NCBI GenBank assembly: GCA_964506905.1
Contig: CAZDNW010000012.1
Coordinates: 1 to 36,002, forward strand
DNA length: 36,002 nucleotides
Reading direction: 5' to 3'
Origin: an uncultured Candidatus Saccharibacteria bacterium
GTDB taxonomy: Bacteria; Patescibacteriota; WWE3; 2-01-FULL-39-13
Part shown: one piece after another, positions 11,201 through 18,418 of the stretch
How positions within the stretch are numbered: position 1 is the first letter of the stretch
Layout of the letters: every line of letters begins with the position of its first letter
Notes under the pieces: generated by a model
What the model was told of the DNA's origin: nothing
The model's input: only the letters and a program-made list of their open reading frames with translations
The model's database searches: none
Program-made: the position numbers and the translations under genes

Positions 11201-14200
11201 CATTTACTATTGAAAATAGAGATATAAGGCCAGCTAAAGTATTGGCAGCAAAAATAGTTTGTGATGATGAAAAATATTTACCAAATTGGGGTGCAAATAG
11301 AGGTGGTATCCCAATTAACGAAAATACAATTGATAACTTTTTTAATGCAGATCCTGATAGAAAAAACCATTGTGAAGTTGTAAAAGATTGGAAATTTCAA
11401 TGGGGATATGCAGGTACAGTTAGTTTTCCAGCTGATGATTTTGTTGGTGAAGCACAAGGTTGGAATACATTTGGACCTGCAGTAAATGGTGAATACGCAG
11501 TAGCAGAAGTTCCATTAGAAGAAGAGGGTATTAACTTAATTTGGGTAAGAGAAGTATTGCAGGATAACTACATACCATTTTCTTTCGGATTAAACGGCAA
11601 AACAAACAAAGACGATTATAGTGCTGAATTTTATTGTAATACAGATGGTGCAAATTATGACAATAGAGATGGAATAGGCAAAATAAGAAGACATGATGAA
11701 CCGATTATGAATAATAAGACATACTATTGCGTTGGATTTAATGCAATTCAAAAGTCAATAATAGAAGGTTATAAATTTAATGACTTAAATCATAATGGAG
11801 TTTGGGATAAAAACGAACCTGCAATGTCTGGGTGGCAAATTTATATTGATGAAAATAATAACGGTAATTTGGATGCAGGAGAAAAAGTTGTAGATACAGA
11901 TAAAAACGGATATTACAGTTTTGTCTTACCATCAAATAACACATATGTAGTGAGAGAGTTAAATCAAAACGGTTGGGAACAAACTAGTCCAGATACAGGT
12001 AGTTGCGAATTTGAAGATGTCGAAGATAGAGTTCATTATGAATGCAATTTTGGAAATGTAAAACTTGGATTGATGAAGGGCTATAAATTTAATGATTTGA
12101 ACCATGATAGTGCTTGGGGTGAAGATGAGCCCGCAATGTCAGGTTGGGAAATTTACATAGATTCTAATAATAATGGCATATTTGATGATGGGGAATTAAA
12201 CGGTATTACAGATGAAAACGGTTATTATGAATTTACAAATCTTTATCCAGGTACTTACAAAGTTTGTGAAGTTTTACAACCAGGGTGGAATCAATCATTT
12301 CCTGAATTTACAGATGGATGTTATTCAATAACATTAACAGGTGATGTAAATGAGACTTACGATACAGATTATAATTTTGGAAATTATGCTGGGGAGCCAC
12401 TTATGAAAGTTGCTGAATATAATGATGCATCTATAATGGCATTAGAATCTGCAAGTCCAATTACATTTACAATAAAACTTAGGTTTGATGAGATAGAAGA
12501 ATACGAAGCACTTGCTGATAATGTTAAGATTACTCACTTATTGCCCGAAGGTGTTACATATATACCTGGATCATATACAATAGAATCCTCTACAGGTAGA
12601 GATATGTCATCTATATCAGAAGCTGTTTATCACTCACCGGGTACTTGGGATTTAACACCGGCAGGTCCTTATGTAGAAGGTGAAGAAATCACATTAACAT
12701 TAAAAGCAAATGTTGATACAAGTGTAGTAGAGCCAGGGGTATTAAAAGATATCACATGGGCAGAATCAACACCTATTGATGATAATAATGAAGTAATATT
12801 AGCAGAAGCAGATCCAGTAGGAGGTTATGTCGCAGAAAAATTTGTTGGTACAGATGTGGAATTTACTAGTGAACCTGATTCACCAAAAGCAAATGCAGAA
12901 GTAGAAGAAAAAGAAGAAGTAAAAGAAGTTACCGAAGAGGGCCAAGTATTAGGAGCATCAACAACAGCGCTGCCAGCAACCGGTGCAAGTGCAAACTTAC
13001 TTGCTTTTGCAATGTTAATTTTAACAATAGGTGCAGCAAGTTTGCTTTATGGTATGAAAAAACAACAAGATTCAGTGGTTGTAGATAAAAGAAAAGGTAA
13101 GACTTCCGCAAAAAAGACCAAGAGAGTTGTCAAATCCTCAAAATCTAAAAAGGTAAATAAAATAGTGGCAGTGTTGATTGCGTCTTTAACATTAACATCT
13201 TTATTATTAATGGGAATTCAAACGCCGGCTTATGCTGCCGATGAATATCCTGTAATGGTTAGGGTTGAACAACCAAAGACGCCAACAAACGAGCCATTTA
13301 AATTAACATTTGTTGCGGTGGATACAGCTAATAGAGAAGTTCAAGTCACATGTTTTGTAAAAAACCCTGATGGAACAGAATCTCAATTTGATGTAGTAAA
13401 AACCTTAAAGGCAGGAGGAAACACTGATTCTTGTGATGCTAACACATCTGTTTTAAACAAAAACGGAACATATGAATTTTGGGTAACTGCTGAAGCGTTA
13501 GAAAACGAAAGTGTGAGTGGTGCTTCTGCAACAAGTGAAAGAGTAAAGGTTGATTATTCAACTTCAAACCCAGATGAACCAAAAGATTTCGAAGTAGACA
13601 AGAAAAATAATTGTGAGTATAAGATTAAATTTAAAACTGCTGATGATGGTGAAACCTCATATGTTGAAGTGTATAGATCAGACGATACAACATTCTCAGT
13701 AGGTGAAAGTACTAGAGTAAAAACAATATCAATAAACCCGAACGAGAAGTATGAGTATACTGACACACTTGCGGGTTCACAATGCGGACATACACAATAC
13801 TACGCAATAAGAGCATTTAATAGTGCTGGAAATCCATCAGATGTTGTAGCTCAAGAAAAAGTTGTGATAGTTGAAGAGGTAAAAGAATCTGAAGGTGAAA
13901 CAGAAGAAACGGGACAAACACAAGAGACAGAGGCAATAATTGTTCCTACAGAAGCTAGCACTGTAGCACAAGGCGGTGTAGAAGGTGCAGAAGTTGTTGC
14001 AGAAGGCAGCATTGCAACAGATGGAAATGGGGAAGTAAAAGGTGCCGCAACAGAAAACGAAGACCAAACAAATAATACCAATACAGAAAACACAGACAAT
14101 CAAAATTCTGATGATACTGGTGGAATAAAATCATTATTTTCGTTTAGAAATATAATAATAGGATTAATTGCATTGTTATTATTAGGTGGAGCTATTTTCT

Positions 14201-14211
14201 TAATACTTTAG
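5296..14211 (+). CDS. giant secreted surface protein (~2,970 codons) with an internal LPATG sorting signal
   Basis: Single uninterrupted frame. ATG 5296 gives MKKIPMFKLLNYIAILSMLIQTF... signal peptide (track start TTG 5281). Regions in order: D/E/N-rich acidic low-complexity, beta-helix, jelly-roll, Cys-rich repeat, propeller-like repeats, two SdrD-B-type repeats, LPATG plus TM, second signal peptide, FN3-like module, terminal TM. Sortase gene lies immediately downstream. Confidence 0.85.
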   Translation: MKKIPMFKLLNYIAILSMLIQTFLPIFYVYPSNIYAQQDDSVVLLEESNFDDSNDKDVDSTLNKNQEQKETENNNDNEDTNDNDKEDNKGNDITIKDSDDIEKPSDKEVNEEILDESNNDIEDTKIIEDDDNESTPNVDETNDSFIDGTDEVMTDEESDVTNDNKSLDADLANKDNQTEKESTDDEDNKDTKSNSNESDEEANEETQITYGKWEKKEDNKYRIYVEPQKEYKFEFLDDEKVPTIKFKDIDEDNKEQDRYIDVEIIELSKKQQEALNSVDDNAYDITSGMDNGTFEYELVLPLSESVDENVVSVNYVEDKDTLEKVVKSQDKKEINKVNEDNVEVSNDLVSIKDLDHFTIFYVSATASGNVCVISGTTYNNCYPTIQEAINNASDGDTIEIAPDTYTENLIVNKELTLVGMGAKINDVTVRTNTNGSQSSPAYGVEIKSDNVTIKNIRFQSRLGYGFHFKVSNVNNFTIEDVKLTNKKKNKTVRGLDLNSVENVLIKNVTVKNYRVHGIGVVSVCGNNDITSKDIIFENVVVKNTKSQSGYAGAGIAFYTQAGPSCSPNQGADITGVKFVGDNYLTDNEIGITLQSDLDLISNSLLQICLSNPSGPACVNAISGLPTLNPNYGVYGPNGEKLDLHNMTIQTLGSSGRIFPSISILNLVKSDVDATEVKFDGKDGIGADMQTANEIEDTIWHDCKYSPYPHGFCNAIENLVSTENFGSVDYTDWSFKIKGHKYNYIYSGQQGQPTHHPISDWDITVCEYENGDVIQGTCVTKSTDNSGYYEFGYDDLGVMLGKVYKIFEEPGRTDYTYMQPESYIVDFTSSNPVYYTEDNLIENGDFETPKLSTSWTTYPDGYTGLGWTPAWVSTNLSDQEKDGYRRPMPPRVEIQKVYDGDNQYVELDGDWGTSQNNYVNGENANIYLYQMFPTCNGVKYNLSFDWSPRPHHDDNQLKVTVTDVYNNNISYEDTFLDSGDSSINWTPITASFVSNTSLVKITFQEMGNGDSYGALIDNVSVYQDSGENNKCQYSEDSEFNFYNRVNNDDDNLVPILVAPKQTGYNEDNGDSYETPHYPDENEIACTGGVTNVNEVSVHWYLLDENGNQVNIPNLKYLRQFTTPGSSTWRGHEVYTTPYTNYRTFGGNPGHPGTYGSRVRAWVDSNNNNQIDLGEAVSEWSNECSITYELPPVCGNEIVETGEECDGTSGVGEGEFCTSQCKLIPVYDGMNSCPDGTVEVPTGTQFTLSSKTANEVSHNFESGKRYLLKASGTYSYANTEGRKADAAYGTTDNFANSRSDIGIWGTNKGVTSIIGDLGRGMGVIMWDDDQNINSNHVYTKYFNPQADVLGRFVISDWYGDWYGSGCNNQSCLSDNNGSLTLSVNECAEVLTPVKPYCDETKIFARLVDSTEYGISTDSDWNTDVDGKIFYGDKVVNVGEWFELTPTTNNRDEGAVLSYDGNKLSINLLEFKDNDKFQRFKGKIEFYKTAVDNIEEGTGDYALETCNGCYPDSYNQDSLKTVSFDFGVTNANDQINVSLHHLGCALEACTNDFAVNNDGYIYKINLQNGDEQIIDELEFGTSAAASQPGKGNVYYIERYNTSGKKGLRLAYYDINARVNVVVGNTGINGVIDKLAFNEDGVLYAMSSNSVLYTVDITTGQATKLGKVLGITKPGGDLSFDNKGDMYVHVKGGNLYKVNLYTLNAEVVSDTDIESTGMVFKDKFYATDDNESLFDFDYNGSVNIISTSTSNINDLASCPVKVLKSNVTVCKVDTKDNYLEGWNVQLLRDEVQKDISVPVQGGASVHSAYLPKGNYVLSAHGTYEYRGNTGLLTDPNYSQRLKGDNYSGSEEFFPWINVNDFNPPHEGWLGVMVNNMPTNWSNYLSSNHTYYLGYTNYSGEFRFNIYDNVYSDNKNSTIAVDIYTGYAGTTGKNGCVTFENVPYGDYEVSETLRDGYINVTGLGNVEVNDLEETFTIENRDIRPAKVLAAKIVCDDEKYLPNWGANRGGIPINENTIDNFFNADPDRKNHCEVVKDWKFQWGYAGTVSFPADDFVGEAQGWNTFGPAVNGEYAVAEVPLEEEGINLIWVREVLQDNYIPFSFGLNGKTNKDDYSAEFYCNTDGANYDNRDGIGKIRRHDEPIMNNKTYYCVGFNAIQKSIIEGYKFNDLNHNGVWDKNEPAMSGWQIYIDENNNGNLDAGEKVVDTDKNGYYSFVLPSNNTYVVRELNQNGWEQTSPDTGSCEFEDVEDRVHYECNFGNVKLGLMKGYKFNDLNHDSAWGEDEPAMSGWEIYIDSNNNGIFDDGELNGITDENGYYEFTNLYPGTYKVCEVLQPGWNQSFPEFTDGCYSITLTGDVNETYDTDYNFGNYAGEPLMKVAEYNDASIMALESASPITFTIKLRFDEIEEYEALADNVKITHLLPEGVTYIPGSYTIESSTGRDMSSISEAVYHSPGTWDLTPAGPYVEGEEITLTLKANVDTSVVEPGVLKDITWAESTPIDDNNEVILAEADPVGGYVAEKFVGTDVEFTSEPDSPKANAEVEEKEEVKEVTEEGQVLGASTTALPATGASANLLAFAMLILTIGAASLLYGMKKQQDSVVVDKRKGKTSAKKTKRVVKSSKSKKVNKIVAVLIASLTLTSLLLMGIQTPAYAADEYPVMVRVEQPKTPTNEPFKLTFVAVDTANREVQVTCFVKNPDGTESQFDVVKTLKAGGNTDSCDANTSVLNKNGTYEFWVTAEALENESVSGASATSERVKVDYSTSNPDEPKDFEVDKKNNCEYKIKFKTADDGETSYVEVYRSDDTTFSVGESTRVKTISINPNEKYEYTDTLAGSQCGHTQYYAIRAFNSAGNPSDVVAQEKVVIVEEVKESEGETEETGQTQETEAIIVPTEASTVAQGGVEGAEVVAEGSIATDGNGEVKGAATENEDQTNNTNTENTDNQNSDDTGGIKSLFSFRNIIIGLIALLLLGGAIFLIL
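6430..7250 (+). other. right-handed parallel beta-helix (pectin-lyase-fold) region of the giant protein
   Basis: NNCYPTIQEAINNASDGDTIEIAPDTYTENLIVNKELTLVGMG, followed by repeated ~22-aa N/V/I-rich turns (IKNIRF, IEDVKLTN, IKNVTVKN, FENVVVKN). Confidence 0.6.
7816..8362 (+). other. CBM / DUF642-like jelly-roll domain of the giant protein
   Basis: ENGDFETPKL...GWTP...VEIQKVYDGDNQYVELDG...YNLSFDWSPRP...ALIDNVSVYQ, the pattern typical of DUF642/CBM4_9-type lectin domains. Confidence 0.5.
8869..8960 (+). other. Cys-rich repeat (Myxococcus-type CGNGxxExGEECD motif)
   Basis: CGNEIVETGEECDGTSGVGEGEFCTSQCKL read in frame. Confidence 0.55.
11767..12390 (+). repeat. two tandem SdrD-B / Cna-B-type repeats (protein-level repeat)
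   Basis: GYKFNDLNHNGVWDKNEPAMSGWQIYIDENNNGNLDAGE...DKNGYYSF and GYKFNDLNHDSAWGEDEPAMSGWEIYIDSNNNGIFDDGE...DENGYYEF. The DNA copies have diverged. Confidence 0.65.
12970..13053 (+). other. cell-wall sorting signal: LPATG plus hydrophobic helix
   Basis: ctg cca gca acc ggt (12970-12984) encodes LPATG. It is followed by ASANLLAFAMLILTIGAASLLYG and then the basic MKKQQ. Confidence 0.85.
13054..13236 (+). other. second signal-peptide-like segment inside the giant ORF (possible internal start ATG 13054)
   Basis: MKKQQDSVVVDKRKGKTSAKKTKRVVKSSKSKKVNK (basic n-region), then IVAVLIASLTLTSLLLMGI (h-region), then QTPAYA/ADE (AxA site after 13236). Confidence 0.55.
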
Positions 14212-14220
14212 ATTTAAAGA

Positions 14221-14249
14221 GGCGGGAAAAAGTGTAACTTTTTCCCGCC
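14221..14249 (+). terminator. 12-bp perfect hairpin between the giant gene and the sortase gene (partial terminator or stability element)
   Basis: GGCGGGAAAAAG, loop TGTAA, CTTTTTCCCGCC. No U-tract follows (TAATACA), so read-through into the sortase gene is likely. Confidence 0.5.
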
Positions 14250-14261
14250 TAATACATTCTC

Positions 14262-14930
14262 ATGAAAATTAATAACAAATACCTAATATTTTTTGGAATT
14301 CTGCTAATTTTAACTGCATTAAGCTTATTGTTTGTGCAATTTTCACCGATTATAAGAGATGAAATTAAGTATAAAAAAACAAAAAATTTGGTTGAAAGCA
14401 TTGATGAAATTGTTATAAAACCAGAAGAAAACTCTAAAATTCCTAAAGAAAATATTGAAAAGAAAAAAAAGAGGCTTGTTATAGTAGCTAGAGATAAAGA
14501 CTTTTCTATTGTAATACCTAAAATTGGAGCAAATGCTAAAGTAATTGAAAATATAGACCCGTATAACTCATCTGAATATCAAAAAGCTCTTACAAAAGGG
14601 GTGGCACATGCAAAAGGCACTGCTTTACCGAATGAAAACGGAAATACATTTATTTTCGCTCATTCATCTGATAATTTTTATAATGCTAACAGATATAATT
14701 CAATCTTTTATTTATTAAATAAGATGGAAAAAGGTGATGACATTTATATTGTGTATAACGGAAAAGTTATTCCATATAAAGTAAAAGAAACAAAGATAGT
14801 TGATAAAGATAAAATTGAGTATCTAAAAAATAGCGAAAGGAAAAAAGATAATGAATTAACTCTTATGACTTGCTGGCCCCCAGGTACTACATACAAAAGA
14901 TTAATTGTTATAGCAGAAAAAAACAAATAG
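14262..14930 (+). CDS. sortase (transpeptidase), N-terminal membrane anchor
   Basis: TM helix YLIFFGILLILTALSLLFVQF, catalytic His in FIFAHSS, TLMTCWPPG (TLxTC Cys) and a downstream conserved Arg (YKRLIV). Adjacent to the LPATG substrate. Confidence 0.9.
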   Translation: MKINNKYLIFFGILLILTALSLLFVQFSPIIRDEIKYKKTKNLVESIDEIVIKPEENSKIPKENIEKKKKRLVIVARDKDFSIVIPKIGANAKVIENIDPYNSSEYQKALTKGVAHAKGTALPNENGNTFIFAHSSDNFYNANRYNSIFYLLNKMEKGDDIYIVYNGKVIPYKVKETKIVDKDKIEYLKNSERKKDNELTLMTCWPPGTTYKRLIVIAEKNK

Positions 14931-15024
14931 AAAATTTAGACCTACACAACTCCAGTATATAATGTATTATAAAAAGGTAGAGTAATTATAGTTAATTATT
15001 TTTCAAGTGGAGGTGAAATAGAAT

Positions 15025-15843
15025 ATGAAATTTTTAAAGTTAAGAAAAGGAGAATCTAATTTAGCTATTCCAATCGCAATACTGATTGCAGGTGTATTAA
15101 TTGCAGGAGCTGTTTTATATACAAATAGTTCTAAGACAAATATGCTTGGTGGTAAGAGTGCAGATAGCACAACCGAATCAGGCGGTAAATATGCTAAATA
15201 TGTAAAAATAGCAGAGGATATTGGTTTAGATGGCGATAAGTTTGAAGCATGTATGGAAAAGTTTGATAAAACAGAGGTAGAAAAAGATGTTGAAGAAGCT
15301 AAAACCTATGGGGCAAACGGAACTCCAACTTTCTTCCTCGGTGTGAAAAAAGGTGACAATGAAATAGAAGCCGTTAAACTTGTTGGGGCTCAACCATTTG
15401 ATGCGTTTAAACCTGTATTAGATACATTAGTTGAAACTAAGGATATAAACAAGGCTATTGAAGCATTACCCGACAATATGAAGGTTGATCAAACTGGTAA
15501 TCCAATTGAAGTTAAAACAGTTAATGTGTCTTTAGATGATGATGCAGTTAGGGGAAATAAAGATGCGGATGTTTATATTGTGGAATTCTCTGATTATGAA
15601 TGTCCATTTTGTAAGAGATACTCAACTACTACGCTTAAGGAAATTGAGGATAATTATGTAAAAAGTGGCAAAGTTGCATATGTATTCAGAGACTTAACAT
15701 TACCGTTTCACGAACCAGTTGCAACAGAAGAAGCTGTGGCAGCAAATTGTGCAAGATTATTAGGTGGAGATGATGCATATTATCAGTATCATGATAAAAT
15801 TTTTGAACTTACCCGATCAAATAAACAAGGAATTCCAGAATAA
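15025..15843 (+). CDS. membrane-anchored DsbA-family thiol:disulfide oxidoreductase, domain order apparently permuted
   Basis: GGAGGTG RBS at 15010-15016. TM anchor. CPFC active site at 15601-15612 within VYIVEFSDYECPFCKRY. The GLDxxKFxxC...GTPTFF...GAQPFxxF segment, which is normally C-terminal, lies upstream of it. Confidence 0.8.
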   Translation: MKFLKLRKGESNLAIPIAILIAGVLIAGAVLYTNSSKTNMLGGKSADSTTESGGKYAKYVKIAEDIGLDGDKFEACMEKFDKTEVEKDVEEAKTYGANGTPTFFLGVKKGDNEIEAVKLVGAQPFDAFKPVLDTLVETKDINKAIEALPDNMKVDQTGNPIEVKTVNVSLDDDAVRGNKDADVYIVEFSDYECPFCKRYSTTTLKEIEDNYVKSGKVAYVFRDLTLPFHEPVATEEAVAANCARLLGGDDAYYQYHDKIFELTRSNKQGIPE

Positions 15844-15867
15844 AAAACTTGCATAAGAAATTTAAAA

Positions 15868-15893
15868 GGCGGTGAAAAACACCGCCTTTTTTA
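15868..15893 (+). terminator. intrinsic terminator (A-tract before, T-tract after; potentially bidirectional)
   Basis: GGCGGTG, loop AAAAA, CACCGCC, then TTTTTTATT. Confidence 0.85.
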
Positions 15894-15951
15894 TTCATAA
15901 TAATTTACGGGTTTCTTAAATTAGTGATAAATGTTAACTTAGTAATCGTGT

Positions 15952-16302
15952 ATGAAAATCTCAAAAAAAGAAAAAGAACAAAGAGAATATGCAAGAAGTA
16001 TTATAACTAAAAAGGTTAATTCTTTGTGTGTTAAGTACGGATATACATACAATAGAATAGCTATTAAGAACACAAAAACTCGGTTAGGAAGTTGTTCGTC
16101 AAAGAAAAACTTAAACTTTAATTGGCAAATTATAAAATTTCCAGAACCAGTAATGAATTATGTTATTATTCACGAAGTCGCCCATTTAAAATATCAAAAT
16201 CACAAAAAGGAATTTTGGAATGAGGTAGAACGAATGGATTCAGATTATAAAAAACATCACAAGTGGATAAAACAAAACAGCAATAAATATATAAAATTTT
16301 AA
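15952..16302 (+). CDS. DUF45 / YgjP-like (M48-related) HEXXH metal-dependent hydrolase, short form
   Basis: TRLGSCSSKKNLNFNWQIIKFPEPVMNYVIIHEVAHLKYQNHKKEFW matches the RWGSC...LNW...DYVVVHELAHL..NHS..FW signature. Confidence 0.8.
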   Translation: MKISKKEKEQREYARSIITKKVNSLCVKYGYTYNRIAIKNTKTRLGSCSSKKNLNFNWQIIKFPEPVMNYVIIHEVAHLKYQNHKKEFWNEVERMDSDYKKHHKWIKQNSNKYIKF

Positions 16303-16359
16303 TGTAATGTTTTTCGTGTTAGAATGGTGTTATTAATCTTATTGTATTAAAGAGTTACT

Positions 16360-18417
16360 ATGCCTGCTAAAAAAAAGACCAGTAATAAAACAGATAAAAA
16401 AACAAAACACATTTCTACAAGTCACGATAATAATCATAATGGGCTTAATCGTAAAAAAAACACAACTGGTAAAGAAAAATTTAAGACAGAACAAAACGAT
16501 AAAAATAATACTGTGAAGTCTTCTAATATTAATAAAAATAAGACAAAAAATTCCACATTAAAAGCAAGAGATCAAGAAACACTTAAAAAGAAATCTACAA
16601 AATCCAAAGTAATATTTTCAAAATTAAAAAAGTTACTTTATTTTTTGTATATTATTATCGCCTTAGGGTTTATTGGCTATCATTTGTATTACGCAAATAA
16701 AGTTATTCCTAAAGTGTTTTATAGAAATATAGAAATGACAGGCAAATCTGTTAGTGAGGTTGCTGATTTAGTAACGACTAACGTACCAACTGTTGGTAAT
16801 GTTATTCTACAAATTGGAGAAGACACTGTAATTACTGTTACGCCGGACGATATTGGATTTAAGTTTTTACCGATAGATACAACACAAGATATATATAATG
16901 TAGGCCGAAGCGGTACAGTTACAGAAAATTTAAAGACTCAAATTTCCGCTATGTTTCACCCTGTTTATATTGATACTGCTTATACTTATGATAAAAACAA
17001 GGCAAAAAATTATTTAAGTATGGTAAGAGCAGAATCACTAGATTTTGTTAAAGAGCCAAAGTTTGTCTATGTCGATGGAGAATTAAAAATAATTGATGGG
17101 AAATCAGGATACACTTTTGATGAAAACGAACTAGCTGAACAAATTTCTATATGTATGACTGGTGAATGTGAAACAAATGAAATAAAAGTCAAATTACAAA
17201 AAGTAGATCCGATATTAACATTAGAGGATTTGGATTCAGTTAAACCATATGTCGATACTTATCTAAAAAACGGGATTACCTTATATTATGATGATTTTTC
17301 ATATGATTTATCTGAAGAAGAGTTGCTAAGTTTACTAAGAATAAGTGTTGACGATTGGGTTGCCCACATAACCGCTGATGAAAATGCTGTAAAAAGAAAA
17401 ATAAAAGAAATTTCTGCAAAGGTTGATAAAAATCCTAGGGGACAAGTTTTAATAACTGACGGTGATAAAGTCATTGAGTTCACAGCCGCACAAAATGGTG
17501 TAAAGGTGAAGATAAAAGAAAATACCTTAAATTTAACTAATTTAATTGAAAAATCTTTATTTTCAAATATTGCAGAAGATCCAAAGTTAGAAGTATCTGA
17601 TGATAAAAGTGAAAATACAGATCAAACCAAGCCTAATCCATATGCTTTAGAATTAGAAGTTCAAATAACTGAAGCTCCAAGTACTGAGAATGAATTTAAT
17701 ATTAAAGATTTAATAGGTATAGGAAAATCACGGTTTAAAGGATCTTCAAAAAGTAGAATTCATAATGTTGGATTAGCAGCTTCACGGGTTAGTGGTACAT
17801 TAGTTCCGCCAGGAGAAATCTTCTCGTTTAACGATGCAGTAGGGGAAATCAGTCGTAAAACAGGCTATACAGCGGCATGGGTAATTAGCAAAGGTAGAAC
17901 TGTTTTAGGTGATGGAGGTGGAGTTTGTCAGGTTTCGACAACTATGTTTAGAGCGGCCTTAGATGCTGGACTTCCAATAATAGAAAGACATGCTCATTCA
18001 TATAGGGTTAGCTATTACGAGCAAGAATCACCTGTTGGTATTGACGCTACTATTTATAGTCCGTCCATTGATTTAAGATTTAAAAATGATACACCAGGTT
18101 ATATATTGATAATGGCTGATTTTGATGGAGACGAACAAAGATTAGCCTTTAAGATATATGGAATAGATGATGGTAGAAAAGTAGAAATGACAGAGCCAAA
18201 AATATTATCAAGAACACCACCCCCTCCACCAGAATATATAGAAGATCCATCTTTACCAAAAGGTAAAAAAGTGCAAGTTGAACACCCAGTGTGGGGTGCT
18301 TCTGTTGTGTTTAATAGAAAAGTATTTGATAAAAATGATTCGTTAATATATGACGATACATTCAAAAGTAATTATAGGGCTTGGCGAGCAGTTTACAAAG
18401 TTGGTACTAAGGAATAA
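16360..18417 (+). CDS. VanW family protein with basic low-complexity N-tail, TM anchor and G5-like C-terminus
   Basis: GGGVCQVSTTMFRAALDAGLPIIERHAHSYRVSYY is the VanW core. A PPPPPEYIEDPSLPKGKKVQVEHPVWG segment follows, which is G5-like. Confidence 0.9.
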   Translation: MPAKKKTSNKTDKKTKHISTSHDNNHNGLNRKKNTTGKEKFKTEQNDKNNTVKSSNINKNKTKNSTLKARDQETLKKKSTKSKVIFSKLKKLLYFLYIIIALGFIGYHLYYANKVIPKVFYRNIEMTGKSVSEVADLVTTNVPTVGNVILQIGEDTVITVTPDDIGFKFLPIDTTQDIYNVGRSGTVTENLKTQISAMFHPVYIDTAYTYDKNKAKNYLSMVRAESLDFVKEPKFVYVDGELKIIDGKSGYTFDENELAEQISICMTGECETNEIKVKLQKVDPILTLEDLDSVKPYVDTYLKNGITLYYDDFSYDLSEEELLSLLRISVDDWVAHITADENAVKRKIKEISAKVDKNPRGQVLITDGDKVIEFTAAQNGVKVKIKENTLNLTNLIEKSLFSNIAEDPKLEVSDDKSENTDQTKPNPYALELEVQITEAPSTENEFNIKDLIGIGKSRFKGSSKSRIHNVGLAASRVSGTLVPPGEIFSFNDAVGEISRKTGYTAAWVISKGRTVLGDGGGVCQVSTTMFRAALDAGLPIIERHAHSYRVSYYEQESPVGIDATIYSPSIDLRFKNDTPGYILIMADFDGDEQRLAFKIYGIDDGRKVEMTEPKILSRTPPPPPEYIEDPSLPKGKKVQVEHPVWGASVVFNRKVFDKNDSLIYDDTFKSNYRAWRAVYKVGTKE

Positions 18418-18418
18418 T

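Noticed and set aside
5490-14103. Minus-strand ORFs inside the giant gene (5490-5786, 6438-6653, 7531-7749, 8048-8251, 8759-9022, 9114-9308, 9725-9937, 10577-10846, 12929-13111, 13554-13766, 13837-14103, 13851-14099).
   Set aside because: All lie antisense to a long frame with clear domain content. Their translations are low-complexity or hydrophobic noise (S/L/F/I-rich), with no start signals. They are typical shadow ORFs.
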